A stretch of 64,000 nucleotides of DNA from Alphaproteobacteria bacterium (GCA_024244705.1 JAAEOK010000060.1:27146-91145); one strand, 5' to 3'; positions 10,095-21,726 are shown, numbered from the stretch's first letter. The notes: generated by a model not told the origin, from the sequence alone. Program-made: numbers and translations.

Positions 10095-10658
10095 GTGATT
10101 CGTTCCGTCGTCGCTCGACTCGCTTTGCTCGCACTATTGGCCGTTGCGTTTTGGTCTCCGCCCGGTGCCGGCGCACAACAATTGCCGTCGCCGACAATAG
10201 CGATAATTGATGTCGAAGCGTTGATGCGAGATTCTATGGCCTCGAAGAGTATCCGCGCCCAGCTCGAGGAGAGGCGGGCGTCCTATCAGGACGAAATCTC
10301 TAGCCGCGAGAGAGACCTCCGAACGGCGGACGAGGAATTGGCGAAACAGCGCTCGGTGCTTTCGGCGGAGGCATTCGCCGAACGCCAGCAGGAATTTCAG
10401 AAACAAGTCGCCGAAACACAACGGCATGTGCAGAACCGAAAACGGCAACTGGATCAGGGATTTGCCGAGGCGATGCGTAATGTGGAAGAGGCGATTTCGG
10501 AGGTCGCGCAGAACATTGCCGAGCAAACCGGGGTCAATCTCGTGCTGACCAAGAATATGGTGATTTACTCCGTGCCGGCGGTCGATATTACCGAGCAGGT
10601 GCTGTTGCAGATGGATCAGTCACTGCCGTCGGTCGAGGTCCTTATTCGAGATAACTAG
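10095..10658 (+). CDS. skp: OmpH/Skp family periplasmic chaperone
   Basis: Signal peptide then coiled-coil QQ/EE-rich body; immediately downstream of bamA. Confidence 0.85.
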   Translation: MIRSVVARLALLALLAVAFWSPPGAGAQQLPSPTIAIIDVEALMRDSMASKSIRAQLEERRASYQDEISSRERDLRTADEELAKQRSVLSAEAFAERQQEFQKQVAETQRHVQNRKRQLDQGFAEAMRNVEEAISEVAQNIAEQTGVNLVLTKNMVIYSVPAVDITEQVLLQMDQSLPSVEVLIRDN

Positions 10659-10849
10659 GACGTCATTTTGAAGCGATGCCTCGCTTCGCCTCCAGTCCCA
10701 AACCAATGTAGATTGATAATACGGATCGTCTGGGCAAAAATGCAGGCCAATGCCGATGTTGCATTACGCCGCCCAGGGATAAATTGCGAGCGCGTGGCGC
10801 GCGAGGGAAATAGACTTGGAATTAGGGACGCGGAGTGCGGGGGTAGCTA

Positions 10850-11350
10850 ATGCCGGAAACGAAGCCTAAACCGATGGATACGATATCGTCGATCGAAGGC
10901 GTTACGGAGATTGGCCTTGAGCGCATCAACGAGGTCCTGCCACACCGTCCGCCCTTCCTGTTTGTCGAGCGCCTCATTGACATCGTGCCTGGCGAAAGCG
11001 CCACCGGTGTAAAGACGGTTTCTTCCAACGAAGACTTTTTCCGCGGCCATTTCCCCAAAAAACCTGTGATGCCCGGCGTACTTATCGTAGAGGCAATGGC
11101 CCAGACCGCAGCAGCGCTCGTCATGCATTCGCTCGATTGGCCGATCGAACGATTGCGAACCTCGGTTGTCTATTTCATGTCAATGGACACCTGTCGATTT
11201 CGTCGCCCCGTGTTTCCAGGGTCGGTGCTTTATCTCCCGGTCACCCGAATCCACACCCGTGGCCGCGTATGGAAATTCCAGGGTTTGGCAAGAGTGGATG
11301 GCATTACGGTGGCCGAGGCGCGCTATACAGCGATGATCTCAGACCGATAA
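10850..11350 (+). CDS. fabZ: 3-hydroxyacyl-ACP dehydratase FabZ
   Basis: LPHRPPFLFVERL...FFRGHFPKKPVMPGVLIVEAMAQ hotdog motifs. Confidence 0.95.
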   Translation: MPETKPKPMDTISSIEGVTEIGLERINEVLPHRPPFLFVERLIDIVPGESATGVKTVSSNEDFFRGHFPKKPVMPGVLIVEAMAQTAAALVMHSLDWPIERLRTSVVYFMSMDTCRFRRPVFPGSVLYLPVTRIHTRGRVWKFQGLARVDGITVAEARYTAMISDR

Positions 11351-12162
11351 TGGCGGAAATCCACGCGACGGCATTGGTTCATCCGAATGCCGAACTAGCA
11401 GACGATGTCGTCATAGGCGCCTATGTGACGATCGGACCGACGGTCAGATTGGGTCGCTCCGTCGTCGTTGAATCCCATGCCGTCATCGACGGCGATACCG
11501 AGATCGGTGAAAGCACGCATATCTTTCCCCATGCGGTAATTGGCTTGGCACCCCAACACCGCCAAGACTCCGGTGCTCACGGTCGAGTAGTTATTGGAGG
11601 CAACTGCGTCATCCGCGAGCACGCCACCATTCATCGTGGCACCGAACGCGGTGGCGGGCTCACCTCCGTCGGCAATAACTGCTACCTGATGGTGGGCGTG
11701 CATGTTGCTCATGATTGTATCGTTGGCAACGACGTTACGATGGCCAACAACGCGACCCTCGGCGGCCACGTGACGGTCGGGGACCGCGCCTATCTTGGAG
11801 GGCTCGCAGGCATTCATCAACATGTTCGGATCGGCAGGTTGGCGATGATTCCGGCGGTGTCCTTGATAAAGGGCAACGTCGCACCGTTTGCGCTGGTCCT
11901 GCCGGGTGCCGAGCCGCTAGGTGGAGTATTACGCGGTCCGAACCTTGTCGGCCTTCGTCGCAACGGCTTCTCCCGCACAACGATACAGTGCATCGCCGGC
12001 GCGATGACGATGCTATTTTCAGCCGACGACAAATTGGCGGCCAACACGAACGAAGTGGAGTGCCGCTACCCCGACGAAGCTTGTGTTCAAGAAATGGTGC
12101 GATTTGTTCAGGACCGCCGCGGCCGAGGTTTTTTGAGGCTGGAAGCTCGCAATGGCGGGTAA
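11350..12162 (+). CDS. lpxA: Acyl-ACP--UDP-N-acetylglucosamine O-acyltransferase LpxA
   Basis: MAEIHATALVHPNAELADDVVIGAYVTIGP hexapeptide repeats; ATG shares 1 nt with the fabZ stop. Confidence 0.9.
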   Translation: MAEIHATALVHPNAELADDVVIGAYVTIGPTVRLGRSVVVESHAVIDGDTEIGESTHIFPHAVIGLAPQHRQDSGAHGRVVIGGNCVIREHATIHRGTERGGGLTSVGNNCYLMVGVHVAHDCIVGNDVTMANNATLGGHVTVGDRAYLGGLAGIHQHVRIGRLAMIPAVSLIKGNVAPFALVLPGAEPLGGVLRGPNLVGLRRNGFSRTTIQCIAGAMTMLFSADDKLAANTNEVECRYPDEACVQEMVRFVQDRRGRGFLRLEARNGG

Positions 12163-12976
12163 GCTCGGTGTCGTCGCCGGCGGCGGAGACTTGCCGATCG
12201 AGCTCTACAATGCGGCCGTAAAGCAGGGCAGGGACGCCCTTGTTCTTGCCATCGAAGGCCAGGCGGATGCAGCCAAGTTATCCGGCATTCCCCATAAATG
12301 GATCCAGCTGACGGCAATCGGCCGAACGATTGACCTCGCACGCGAGAATGATATCCGTGAGCTGGTCCTGACCGGAGATTTCCAGCCATGGCATTTGAAA
12401 GCTCAGGAGCCCGACGCTTGGCTCAGCAAGCGCATGCCGGAAATCATGAGCCGGATGCGGCTTGGTGAAAACGAAGTCGTTGCCTTCCTTATCCAAGAGA
12501 TAGAAAAGGACGGATTGGCGGTCGTTAGCGCCAGGGCGTTTGCCGCCGACTTGTTTGCGGAAAAGGGGCAGCTTGGAGCATTTGAACCGGACACCGAGGC
12601 ATGGATGGACATCGTTTTGGGCGTTGAGGCCGCCAAGGCGATCGGCGGTCTCGACATTGGCCAGGCGGTCGTGGTCCAGCGCAGAACGATCCTGGCCGTC
12701 GAAGGCGCCGAGGGCACCGATCAACTGATCAGACGATCCAAGGATTTGCAAATGGACGGTCCCGGCGCGGTTCTCGTCAAAATGCGGAAGCCGCAGCAGG
12801 AACTCCGCGCCGATCCGCCCACGATTGGCCCGCAGACCATGGTCAACGCTTCCGATGCTGGATTTCGTGGCATCGCGATCGAAGCCGGCGCCGCGGTCGT
12901 CGTCGATCGTGAACGGACGATTGCGGTTGCCGACAGCAGCGGATTGTTCCTCGTCGCGGTCCGCGGTGCCGAATGA
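12152..12976 (+). CDS. lpxI: UDP-2,3-diacylglucosamine pyrophosphatase LpxI (DUF1009)
   Basis: MAGKLGVVAGGGDLPIEL... LpxI-like, sits between lpxA and lpxB as in other alphaproteobacteria. Confidence 0.85.
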   Translation: MAGKLGVVAGGGDLPIELYNAAVKQGRDALVLAIEGQADAAKLSGIPHKWIQLTAIGRTIDLARENDIRELVLTGDFQPWHLKAQEPDAWLSKRMPEIMSRMRLGENEVVAFLIQEIEKDGLAVVSARAFAADLFAEKGQLGAFEPDTEAWMDIVLGVEAAKAIGGLDIGQAVVVQRRTILAVEGAEGTDQLIRRSKDLQMDGPGAVLVKMRKPQQELRADPPTIGPQTMVNASDAGFRGIAIEAGAAVVVDRERTIAVADSSGLFLVAVRGAE

Positions 12977-14166
12977 ACAGCATTTCCAAGCCCTCGACAC
13001 CAGATCCGCTCATTTTTTTGATTGCGGGCGAGCCTTCCGGAGATGCCATCGGCGGCGCCTTGATGACCGCGATGAAACGAAAGACGGGCGGGCGAATTCG
13101 GTTTGCCGGGATCGGCGGAGAAGCCATGCAGGCGGAAGGACTCGACAGTCTTTTTCCCATGAGCGAGTTGACGCTTTATGATCTTGGGGACGTCGCCGCG
13201 CGATATTGGTCATTGGTGAAAAGGTTGCGGGAGACCGAGAATACGGCCCGCAGCCTCCATCCGGCGGCGATTGTCACCATCGATTGTCCGATGTTTAGCC
13301 TTCGCGTTTCCCGTCGCCTGCGCGATCTCGGCGTACCGCTCATTCACTATGTGGCCCCGCGCGTTTACGCCTATCTGCCGGGACGTGCGGCGGCAATGGC
13401 AAAATTCCTCGATCATCTGCTGTTTCTGTTTCCCTTCGAGAAGCCCTATTTCGATGCGGTCGGGCTCGAATCGACCTATGTCGGCCCGAATATTCTCGAA
13501 CGGCCGGACAGTCCCGGTGATGGTCCCGGGTTTCGCCGCCGCCACGGTATCGCGGAAGATGCACGGGTCTTGGCGGTTCTGCCGGGAAGCCGTAACAGCG
13601 AACTCCGTCTTATATTGCCGATCTTCGATGCGGTGATAGGACGCTTGGCTCAGGAATTCCCGGATTTGGTGATCGTCGCGCCAACGACGACCCAGATGCG
13701 AAAGCGCGTGAGCGACTCGGCAAGCACGTGGCCTGCGCCAACAATTCTCGCCACCGATATCGCGGAAAAGCGGGACGCTTTTGCCGCCTGCGACGTTGCG
13801 CTCGCCGCCGCGGGCACGGTGACGTTGGAGTTGGCGGCCGCCGGCGTTCCTGCCGTCGTATGTGGACGAATTGCCGCCCTGAATTTGCTTCGCGTATTTC
13901 GCGGCCTGCGCGTTAAATACATCAGCATTCCGAATTGGATCCTCGATCGGGCCGCTATCCCGGAATTCCGCCAATATGGGTGCCGGCCAAAGGCCATCGC
14001 CGAGGCCGTCGGCCGTCTGTTGGCCGATCCCGCGGCGCGGGCGACTCAGTCGGCGGATCTCGAGGAAGTGGTCTCGCGCCTTAGGATCGGCGACAAGCGG
14101 CCAAGCGATCGTGCCGCCGAACGGATCATGGAGTTGGTTTCCGACGCCAAGATTGCATTAGAATAA
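12973..14166 (+). CDS. lpxB: Lipid-A-disaccharide synthase
   Basis: IFLIAGEPSGDAIGGALM N-terminus; 397 aa; ATGA overlap with lpxI. Confidence 0.9.
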   Translation: MNSISKPSTPDPLIFLIAGEPSGDAIGGALMTAMKRKTGGRIRFAGIGGEAMQAEGLDSLFPMSELTLYDLGDVAARYWSLVKRLRETENTARSLHPAAIVTIDCPMFSLRVSRRLRDLGVPLIHYVAPRVYAYLPGRAAAMAKFLDHLLFLFPFEKPYFDAVGLESTYVGPNILERPDSPGDGPGFRRRHGIAEDARVLAVLPGSRNSELRLILPIFDAVIGRLAQEFPDLVIVAPTTTQMRKRVSDSASTWPAPTILATDIAEKRDAFAACDVALAAAGTVTLELAAAGVPAVVCGRIAALNLLRVFRGLRVKYISIPNWILDRAAIPEFRQYGCRPKAIAEAVGRLLADPAARATQSADLEEVVSRLRIGDKRPSDRAAERIMELVSDAKIALE

Positions 14167-14202
14167 AGCGACCGCGAACGATCAAAAAGGGGTACTTGGG
14201 CG

Positions 14203-14619
14203 ATGAATGAACGGACGCCGGCAGAAACGCCCCACCGATTGCTTCACACGATGATTCGGGTGCGTGACCTCGATCGCTCGATTGATTTCTACACCCGCCA
14301 TTTGGGCATGGAGGTTTTGCGCAGAAGTGATTATGCAGCGGGCCGATTTACGCTGGCCTTCGTGGGTTACGGCGATGAGAAGGAACACACCGTCATCGAG
14401 CTGACCCACAACTGGGACCAGGAACAGGACTATGAACATGGGTCCGGATTCGGTCACTTGGCGATCGGCGTACCGGATATCTATGCGATTTGCGCCGACC
14501 TCGAAAAAGAGGGTGTCAGTATTCCGAGGCCGCCCGGTCCGATGAAACACGGCACCACGGTGATCGCATTCGTCGAGGACCCCGACGGCTACAAGATCGA
14601 ACTCATTGAGCGCAAGTAA
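14203..14619 (+). CDS. gloA: Lactoylglutathione lyase (glyoxalase I)
   Basis: LLHTMIRVRDLDRSIDFYT...HLAIGVPDIY...GYKIELIE VOC fold. Confidence 0.9.
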   Translation: MNERTPAETPHRLLHTMIRVRDLDRSIDFYTRHLGMEVLRRSDYAAGRFTLAFVGYGDEKEHTVIELTHNWDQEQDYEHGSGFGHLAIGVPDIYAICADLEKEGVSIPRPPGPMKHGTTVIAFVEDPDGYKIELIERK

Positions 14620-14634
14620 ACTAGATGGACGGCG

Positions 14635-15957
14635 CTAGGCGCGCTCATCGAGGGAGATGAAATTCCGCGCCGACTCCCCGGTATAGAGTTGACGCGGGCG
14701 CCCGATTTTTTGGCTGGGATCTTCAATCATCTCGTTCCACTGCGCGACCCAGCCGACGGTCCGCGCCAAAGCGAATATGACCGTAAACATCGACGTCGGT
14801 AAACCGATCGCATCCATGATGATGCCGGAATAGAAATCGACGTTGGGGAAGAGCTTCTTCTCGACGAAGTAATCGTCTTCGAGGGCAATGCGCTCAAGTT
14901 CAAGCGCTAGCTTGAGCATGGGCTCGTCCTTCTTGCCGAGGTCATCGAGCACCTCATGGCATGAGGCTCTCAGGACGGCAGCGCGGGGATCGTAATTCTT
15001 GTAGACGCGGTGGCCGAATCCCATCAATCGGAACGGATCGTCGTGATCCTTGGCCCGAGCGATATACTCCGGAATACGATCAGGATGCTCGATCTCGCGA
15101 AGCATGTTCAGCACGGCTTCGTTGGCACCGCCGTGGGCCGGGCCCCAAAGCGACGCGATCCCGGCGGCGATGCACGCGAAGGGGTTGGCGCCACTCGAGC
15201 CAGCCAATCTCACCGTGCTCGTCGACGCGTTCTGTTCATGGTCGGCATGGAGAATGAAAATACGATCGATGGCGCGCGCCACAACTGGATTGACCTTGTA
15301 GTCCTCGGCCGGCACGGCTTGCGTCATGTGGAGAAAATTCTCCGCATAGGCCAAGCGGTTCTGCGGGTACACAAAGGGCTGCCCAAGAGAATATTTGTAT
15401 GCCATGGCGGCGATTGTCGGCATCTTTGCGATCAACCGGTAGGACGCGATCATGCGTTGACGCGCGTCATGGATGTCGGTGCTGTCATGATAAAAAGCGG
15501 AAAGCGCGCCGACGACGCCAACCATGATCGCCATCGGGTGAGCATCACGCCGAAACCCGCGATAGAAATTCATCAGCTGCTCGTGCAGCATGGTATGCAT
15601 GGTAATGTCTTGGCTGAATTTCGTTTTCTGCTCGGGGGTCGGTAATTCGCCCTTGAGCAAGAGAAAGCAGACCTCCATGAAATCGCAATTCTCCGCCAGA
15701 TCTTCAATGCGATAACCGCGGTGGAGAAGGATACCCGCGTCGCCGTCGATGAAAGTGATGGCCGACTCGCAGCTGCCGGTGGCGGTAAACCCAGGATCGA
15801 AAGTGAAATACCCGGCGTCGGCATAAAGGCGGCGGACGTCAATCACGGCCGGGCCTTCGGTCCCATGTATTATGGGTAGCTCGTAGGCCTTGCCGGTCGA
15901 ATTGTCGGTCAGGGTTACGGTATCCGGGGAATCCTGCTTGGCTTGCGCGTCGGTCAT
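14635..15957 (-). CDS. gltA: Citrate synthase
   Basis: 440 aa; [14 protein letters not shown] active-site region. Confidence 0.95.
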   Translation of the reverse strand: MTDAQAKQDSPDTVTLTDNSTGKAYELPIIHGTEGPAVIDVRRLYADAGYFTFDPGFTATGSCESAITFIDGDAGILLHRGYRIEDLAENCDFMEVCFLLLKGELPTPEQKTKFSQDITMHTMLHEQLMNFYRGFRRDAHPMAIMVGVVGALSAFYHDSTDIHDARQRMIASYRLIAKMPTIAAMAYKYSLGQPFVYPQNRLAYAENFLHMTQAVPAEDYKVNPVVARAIDRIFILHADHEQNASTSTVRLAGSSGANPFACIAAGIASLWGPAHGGANEAVLNMLREIEHPDRIPEYIARAKDHDDPFRLMGFGHRVYKNYDPRAAVLRASCHEVLDDLGKKDEPMLKLALELERIALEDDYFVEKKLFPNVDFYSGIIMDAIGLPTSMFTVIFALARTVGWVAQWNEMIEDPSQKIGRPRQLYTGESARNFISLDERA

Positions 15958-16064
15958 CTAACCATCCGGTTAATTGAAAGGAGGGTAGGGGTCAATCTTG
16001 CCTCAACAGAATACTTGCCGGGCAACTGAATGGCAAATCGTGGATACGAAACCGAATCCCGCCT

Positions 16065-17465
16065 CTACGCCGCAATATCGTCGAAGCGGGCGAGGCACTC
16101 ATCCCGGCCGAGGATGGCCATGACCTCGAAGATGCTTGGTGACGCGGTCGCGCCGGTAAGGGCGGCACGCAACGGTTGGGCAAGTTTCCCCAAGCCAAGC
16201 TTTCGCGATGACGCGAATGCACGGGCCTCGGCCTCGAGACTTGCTTCAGACCAGTCTTCGAATACCGATAGCTGTGCGGCGAAGTCGGCAATCAATATTC
16301 GGGCCTCGTCGGTCAGCAAAAGTGCCGCCTTGCCGGAAATCCCTATCGGTCGTTTGGCGACATAAAATCTGGCGTTTTCAGCGAGTTCGACAATAGTCTT
16401 GGCACGTTTCTTCAGGCCCGGCAGGGCCCCCATAAGCCGCTTTCTGTCGCTTTCCGTCGGCCCTTCGTCGCTTCCGTCGAACAGGTGCGGATCCATGAGC
16501 GCGATCAACCGGGCATTGTCGGCATCGCGCAGGTAATGTCCGTTGAGGTTTTCGAGTTTGGCAAGATCGAAGCGCGCCGCCGATTTGCCGACCCCGTCGA
16601 GGTCGAACCAAGCGATCGCATGTTCGCGGTCGATGATTTCGTCGTCGCCATGGGCCCAGCCGAGACGGAGAAGATAGTTGCAGATCGCCTCCGGCAGATA
16701 GCCCATCTCGCGATAGGCCGCGACCCCGAGAGCGCCATGGCGCTTCGACAATTTCGCGCCATCGGACCCATGAATCAGGGGGATATGGACGAATCGCGGC
16801 GGTTCCCAACCGAGCGCCCGATAGAGCTGCGTTTGACGGAACGCGTTGGTCAGGTGATCGTCGCCGCGGATGACATCGGTGATTCCCATGTCATGGTCGT
16901 CGACGACGACCGACAGCATGTAAGTCGGCGATCCGTCGGCTCTCAGGAGCACCATGTCATCGAGCTGCTGATTGTCGATCTCGACAGATCCCTGGACGCC
17001 ATCGTCTATTGTTGTCGTGCCGCCGTTGGGAGCCTTGAACCTCACCGCTGGCGAAACACCTTCCGGCGCTTCGGCGGGGTCGCGGTCTCGCCACCGTCGG
17101 TCGTAAGTCGCCGGTCGGCCCTCGACCTTGGCCCGTTCCCGCATTTCGGCCAATTCCGCGGGTGAGGCATAGCAGTTGTACGCGTGTCCGCTCCGCAGCA
17201 ATTCCTGAGCGGCCTCGCTATGGCGACGGGCGCGTTCCGACTGAAAAACGACATCGCCGTCCCAGGTCAATTCGAGCCAGGACAATCCGTCAAGAATGGC
17301 TGCCTTTGCCTCTTCGGTGGATCGTGCCCGGTCCGTATCCTCGATGCGTAGTTGAAAAATGCCGCCATGGTGGCGGGCGAACAACCAGTTGAACAACGCC
17401 GTTCGCGCGCCACCGATATGCAAGAAACCCGTGGGCGAAGGGGCGAATCGAGTAACCACGCTCAT
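16065..17465 (-). CDS. gltX: Glutamyl-tRNA synthetase
   Basis: [23 protein letters not shown] (HIGH) and KLSKRHG (KMSKS) motifs. Confidence 0.95.
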   Translation of the reverse strand: MSVVTRFAPSPTGFLHIGGARTALFNWLFARHHGGIFQLRIEDTDRARSTEEAKAAILDGLSWLELTWDGDVVFQSERARRHSEAAQELLRSGHAYNCYASPAELAEMRERAKVEGRPATYDRRWRDRDPAEAPEGVSPAVRFKAPNGGTTTIDDGVQGSVEIDNQQLDDMVLLRADGSPTYMLSVVVDDHDMGITDVIRGDDHLTNAFRQTQLYRALGWEPPRFVHIPLIHGSDGAKLSKRHGALGVAAYREMGYLPEAICNYLLRLGWAHGDDEIIDREHAIAWFDLDGVGKSAARFDLAKLENLNGHYLRDADNARLIALMDPHLFDGSDEGPTESDRKRLMGALPGLKKRAKTIVELAENARFYVAKRPIGISGKAALLLTDEARILIADFAAQLSVFEDWSEASLEAEARAFASSRKLGLGKLAQPLRAALTGATASPSIFEVMAILGRDECLARFDDIAA

Positions 17466-17552
17466 GGCAATGAGAATCCTTGTTTTGGCCTGATCGGCGC
17501 GTGGTGTGTAGCATAAGGGGAAAATCCGCACAGCAGGCTTGATAGATCGATC

Positions 17553-19679
17553 ATGTTCAGCGGTCGGGTCGACGAGAGGAATGACGAAACCCGATGGGGT
17601 GCCATGGGGCCGGTTCGGTTGGCCATGTCCTTTCTGGCCGAGGAACGTGACCGATGGGTGCTGTGGATCCCGGTTGGTATCGCTACCGGAATCGCGATCT
17701 ATTTCTCGCTGCGCACGGAAGCTGCGCTTTGGGTTGGACCTACGCTCCTCATACTCGCCTTAGTGGTCTTGATCGCCAGCAGGCACCGCTCGGTGGCGAC
17801 GCCAATAGCAATGATCCTGATCGCCCCGGCTGCGGGGTTTGCCGCCGCGCAGGTAGCGACGTTCCTGACCGATGTCGAAACACTGGACGAGCGGATCGGC
17901 CCCCGCCAAATGATCGGGCAAATAAGGTCGGTTCAAGACGTCACCGGTGGTTACCGGTTCGTTCTGACGTCGGCGACAATGGATGACCTGGGTCAAGACG
18001 ACCTGCCACGACGGGTACGCGTTCGAACGCCGAAGGGCGACTGGTTGCCGCTGCCGGGCGATTGGGCCGCGGGCCTCGTCGTACTCAATCCGCCGCCGCC
18101 GTCGGTGGCACCGCATGCGTTCGATTTCGAACGTTACGCCTTCTTCAAGGGCATCGGAGCGATTGGGTACTCCCTCGGCAGAATGAAGCCCGCCGCAGAT
18201 TTCGAATCCGACCACGGCGGTGCAATGCTCTTGTTGTCGCGGATCCGGCGGTCGGTTTACCAGAGGATTGTCGCGGCTCTTCCCGGTCGGGAGGGTGCTG
18301 TTGCCGCTGCTTTGATCACCGGCGAACGTGGGTCCATCCCGGCGGGCACATTGCAGGCGATGAGAGATTCCGGGCTCGCTCATCTTCTCGCGATATCGGG
18401 ACTACATATCGGCCTGGTCGCCGGGCTTATTTTCTTCGCTACCCGCGCTTTGCTCGCTTTGTGGCCGACAATCGCGCTTCGCCATCCGATCAAGAAGTGG
18501 TCGGCAGTGGTCGCCCTGGTGGGGGCATTCTGCTATTTGCTGCTGTCCGGCATGACGGTTCCGACACAACGAGCGTTCTTGATGATAGCGCTCGTCCTCC
18601 TGGCGGTTATGACCGACCGCGAAGGCGTGTCGATGCGGCTCGTGGCATTCGCCGCGATCGTGGTCCTGTTGCTGGCCCCCCACACGCTGATGAGTGCCAG
18701 TTTTCAGCTTTCCTTCGCAGCCGTGATCGCGCTTGTTGCGGTCTATGAAGCGCTACGCGCCCGCTACGCCATCAATTTGCGAACCAGCTCCTGGTGGCGG
18801 CAACCGCTGCTCTATGTCGGCGGCGTCGCTTTGACGACCTTCGTCGCGAGTTTGGCGACCTTACCCTATGCCCTATTCCACTTCGGCCGAATAACCCTTT
18901 ACGGATTGGCCGCAAATATGATCGCGGTGCCGGTTACCGCTTTCTGGATCATGCCGTGGGGGCTGCTCGCCCTTTGCCTGATGCCCTTTGGATTGGAGAA
19001 AGTAGCGCTCGTGCCCATGGGTTGGGGCATCGGCGTCGTCCTCGGCGCCGCGGAATCAGTCGCAAGTTGGCCGGGAGCCGTCCTACTGATGCCGATGCCG
19101 CCGGCCTGGGCGATCGTTCTGGTCACTATCGGCGGCCTCTGGCTGTGCTTGTGGCGCCGGCGATGGAGGTGGCTCGGCTTACCCGTCATATTGATCGCGC
19201 TCATCGGCTTTGGTGCCGCGACCCCGCCAAGCCTTTTGGTCTCGCCCGACGCGCGGCTCGTCGCGGTCCGCGATCGCGACGAGGCTTGGCTATTTTCGTC
19301 GGCCCGTCGCGACGCCTTCGTCCGCGACTCGTGGCTGCGTCTGGTCGGTGCGGCGGAATGGCGACCGTGGCCCGAGGAGGGCCCCAGCGAAGGAGGCGCG
19401 CTGCAATGCGACACCATCGGCTGTCTCTATTCGATCGCCGGCCGGATCGTCGCGATTGTCAAGGACCCCCGCGCCGCCGCCGAGGATTGCGCCATCGCCG
19501 ACGTGGTTGTAGCGCTGGTGCCGCTCGATGATCGTTGTCGACCGCGAACCGGTCTGGCGATCGATCGCTTCGATCTATGGCGCAACGGCGCCTACGAAAT
19601 TCGGTTTGACGGAGGAGAAATTAGGGCGACCTCGTCACGGCAGGTGCGGGGCGATCGTCCGTGGGTGGGATTGCCGTGA
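17553..19679 (+). CDS. comEC: ComEC/Rec2 family DNA internalization channel protein (the start may be further downstream)
   Basis: Polytopic membrane protein; [17 protein letters not shown] competence-domain motif; found between gltX and lexA as in other alphaproteobacteria. Confidence 0.8.
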   Translation: MFSGRVDERNDETRWGAMGPVRLAMSFLAEERDRWVLWIPVGIATGIAIYFSLRTEAALWVGPTLLILALVVLIASRHRSVATPIAMILIAPAAGFAAAQVATFLTDVETLDERIGPRQMIGQIRSVQDVTGGYRFVLTSATMDDLGQDDLPRRVRVRTPKGDWLPLPGDWAAGLVVLNPPPPSVAPHAFDFERYAFFKGIGAIGYSLGRMKPAADFESDHGGAMLLLSRIRRSVYQRIVAALPGREGAVAAALITGERGSIPAGTLQAMRDSGLAHLLAISGLHIGLVAGLIFFATRALLALWPTIALRHPIKKWSAVVALVGAFCYLLLSGMTVPTQRAFLMIALVLLAVMTDREGVSMRLVAFAAIVVLLLAPHTLMSASFQLSFAAVIALVAVYEALRARYAINLRTSSWWRQPLLYVGGVALTTFVASLATLPYALFHFGRITLYGLAANMIAVPVTAFWIMPWGLLALCLMPFGLEKVALVPMGWGIGVVLGAAESVASWPGAVLLMPMPPAWAIVLVTIGGLWLCLWRRRWRWLGLPVILIALIGFGAATPPSLLVSPDARLVAVRDRDEAWLFSSARRDAFVRDSWLRLVGAAEWRPWPEEGPSEGGALQCDTIGCLYSIAGRIVAIVKDPRAAAEDCAIADVVVALVPLDDRCRPRTGLAIDRFDLWRNGAYEIRFDGGEIRATSSRQVRGDRPWVGLP

Positions 19680-20384
19680 TCAATAGCGGCGGATAAGACC
19701 GACGAGTTTGCCTTGGACCTTGACTTGGTCCGGTCCAAAGATACGGGTTTCATACTTCGTGTTGGCGGGCTCCAGCGCTACAGAATTGCCCTTGCGGCGC
19801 AGCCGCTTCAGCGTCACTTCGTTGCCGGCAACCAAGGCCACGACAATGCTCCCGTTTTCCGCGGTTTCGCAGCGTTGAATGATTGCCGTGTCGCCGTCTT
19901 GAATGCCGGCGTCGACCATCGAATCGCCATCGATCTCCAGGGCATAGTGCTCGCCGCCGCCCAACAGGGTGGGCGGGACGGCAATCGAATTACCGGGTTC
20001 GCGTAAGGCCTCGATCGGTGTGCCGGCTGCGATACGGCCGTAGAGAGGCAATTCCACCACCTCGCCGCCGACCCGAACCGGCGTCGGACCGGATTTGAAA
20101 TCGGGACGGATGACATTCGACGGACGGCCCCTGCGGGCAGACCCGAGGGAACGATTATTCAGCGCCGCGTCTTGCGGCATTCGCAGGATTTCAAGCGCCC
20201 GGGCGCGGTGCGGCAGACGGCGTATGAACCCGCGCTCTTCGAGGCCGGTGATCAAACGATGGATGCCTGATTTGGACTTCAACCCGAGCGCTTCCTTCAT
20301 CTCGTCGAAGGATGGCGACACGCCCTTGCTGGTGATCCGCTCGTTGATGAATATCAGTAACTCGTGCTGCTTGCGGGTCAACAT
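19680..20384 (-). CDS. lexA: LexA repressor
   Basis: [17 protein letters not shown]... wHTH; GDSMVDAGI serine-protease motif; KRL lysine. Confidence 0.95.
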   Translation of the reverse strand: MLTRKQHELLIFINERITSKGVSPSFDEMKEALGLKSKSGIHRLITGLEERGFIRRLPHRARALEILRMPQDAALNNRSLGSARRGRPSNVIRPDFKSGPTPVRVGGEVVELPLYGRIAAGTPIEALREPGNSIAVPPTLLGGGEHYALEIDGDSMVDAGIQDGDTAIIQRCETAENGSIVVALVAGNEVTLKRLRRKGNSVALEPANTKYETRIFGPDQVKVQGKLVGLIRRY

Positions 20385-20443
20385 GTCTGATATCCCCCTC
20401 GAACGGACACAAAATGTAGAACAAAATGCCAACTTCTTATTAT

Positions 20444-20458
20444 GTTCTAGTTTAGTTC
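20444..20458. promoter_or_regulatory. Alphaproteobacterial SOS box GTTC-N7-GTTC (GTTCtagtttaGTTC), about 60 bp upstream of lexA
   Basis: Exact match to the GTTCN7GTTC LexA operator consensus; additional GAAC half-sites at 20401-20424. Confidence 0.7.
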
Positions 20459-20511
20459 CACTTTTTCGTCAACCCTTTTTGGCGTTCGATGCAGCGCCCC
20501 GGGCGGCCTTC

Positions 20512-21726
20512 CTAGACGCTGAAGAGGGAGCCGGATAGGTGAATGACTTCGACGCGATCGCCGGAGGCGGCCGACGGCGCATCGGGTGCCCTGACGATAA
20601 GGCAGTCCGCGTGGGCCAGTCCCGACAACACCGAGCTGTCCTGTTTGGTGAACGGGGTGGCCACCGGTTCTCCGGCGCCATCGTAGGAGAGTGTCGCGCG
20701 TAGATAGTCCTGCCGCCTATCGTTCGCCGGCAAATCGCGGCCGAGCGCCGCTGTCGCGGCCGGCGCCGTATCGACGCCGAGGCCCAGCATCTTGGCCAGT
20801 GCCGGGCGCAGGAATACAACCGCGCAAACCAGCGACGAGACCGGATTGCCGGGCAGTCCCAACAACGGCGTTTCGCCCAATTGGCCGAAAATCAATGGCT
20901 TCCCCGGCCGCATCGCGACCTTCCAGAAGTCGACCTGCAAGCCTTCCTTGCCGAGTGCCTTTTGCACAAGATCGTGGTCGCCAACGGAAGCGCCGCCGCT
21001 GGTCACCAGGAGATCGGCGCCACGCGCTCCGGCCGCCATCGCGGTCAGGACCCGCTCGTCATCGGCGGCGATACCAAGGTTTGACGGTGTGCCGCCGCAG
21101 GCGGTGACAAACGCGGCTAGAGAAATGCCGTTCGAACTGACGATCTGGTTCGGTCCTCGCAATTCTCCCGGGTTCACCAATTCGTCACCGGACGACATGA
21201 TGGCGATTCGCGGTCTCCGCCGCACGCGCAACCAGGGGACGTTCATGGCGGCGGCAAAACCGATGTCCCGCGCGGTCAGAACTCGGCCGGATTGAAGGCC
21301 GACATCGCCGGCGCGAAAGTCGAGCCCGGCGGGTCGAACGAAATCACCGGCCGGTCCGCAGGCGGCAATCGTCACCGTTTCGCCGTCGGACTCCGTGTCC
21401 TCCTGGATGACGATGGTATCCGCCGCGTCGGGAACGGGCCCGCCGGTGAAGATCCGAACCGCCGTGCCGGGTGTCACCGTTCCGTCGAACGCACCGCCGG
21501 CCGGCGCCGACCCGATCAATTGAAGCTTGGTTGGCAGCGACGACATGTCGGCGTGGCGTACCGCGTATCCGTCCATGGCCGAAACCGCCGCGGGAGGTTG
21601 TGTCACGCGCGCCACAACATCCTCCGCGAGGACGCGACCCAGACCCTCGGCCAGCGCTATTTGCTCGGCCGCCAGGGGCTCGAAAACCGACGTTATCCTC
21701 TCTAGCGCCTCGGCGACCGATATCAT
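20512..21726 (-). CDS. moeA: Molybdopterin molybdenumtransferase MoeA
   Basis: MISVAEAL...SAMDGYAV MoeA N-terminus; ATGA overlap with moaC. Confidence 0.9.
   Translation of the reverse strand: MISVAEALERITSVFEPLAAEQIALAEGLGRVLAEDVVARVTQPPAAVSAMDGYAVRHADMSSLPTKLQLIGSAPAGGAFDGTVTPGTAVRIFTGGPVPDAADTIVIQEDTESDGETVTIAACGPAGDFVRPAGLDFRAGDVGLQSGRVLTARDIGFAAAMNVPWLRVRRRPRIAIMSSGDELVNPGELRGPNQIVSSNGISLAAFVTACGGTPSNLGIAADDERVLTAMAAGARGADLLVTSGGASVGDHDLVQKALGKEGLQVDFWKVAMRPGKPLIFGQLGETPLLGLPGNPVSSLVCAVVFLRPALAKMLGLGVDTAPAATAALGRDLPANDRRQDYLRATLSYDGAGEPVATPFTKQDSSVLSGLAHADCLIVRAPDAPSAASGDRVEVIHLSGSLFSV

Noticed and set aside
10668-10850. 60-aa ORF in the skp-fabZ gap, considered as an lpxD remnant
   Set aside because: It is too short and has no left-handed beta-helix hexapeptide repeats, so it is probably non-coding leader of fabZ.
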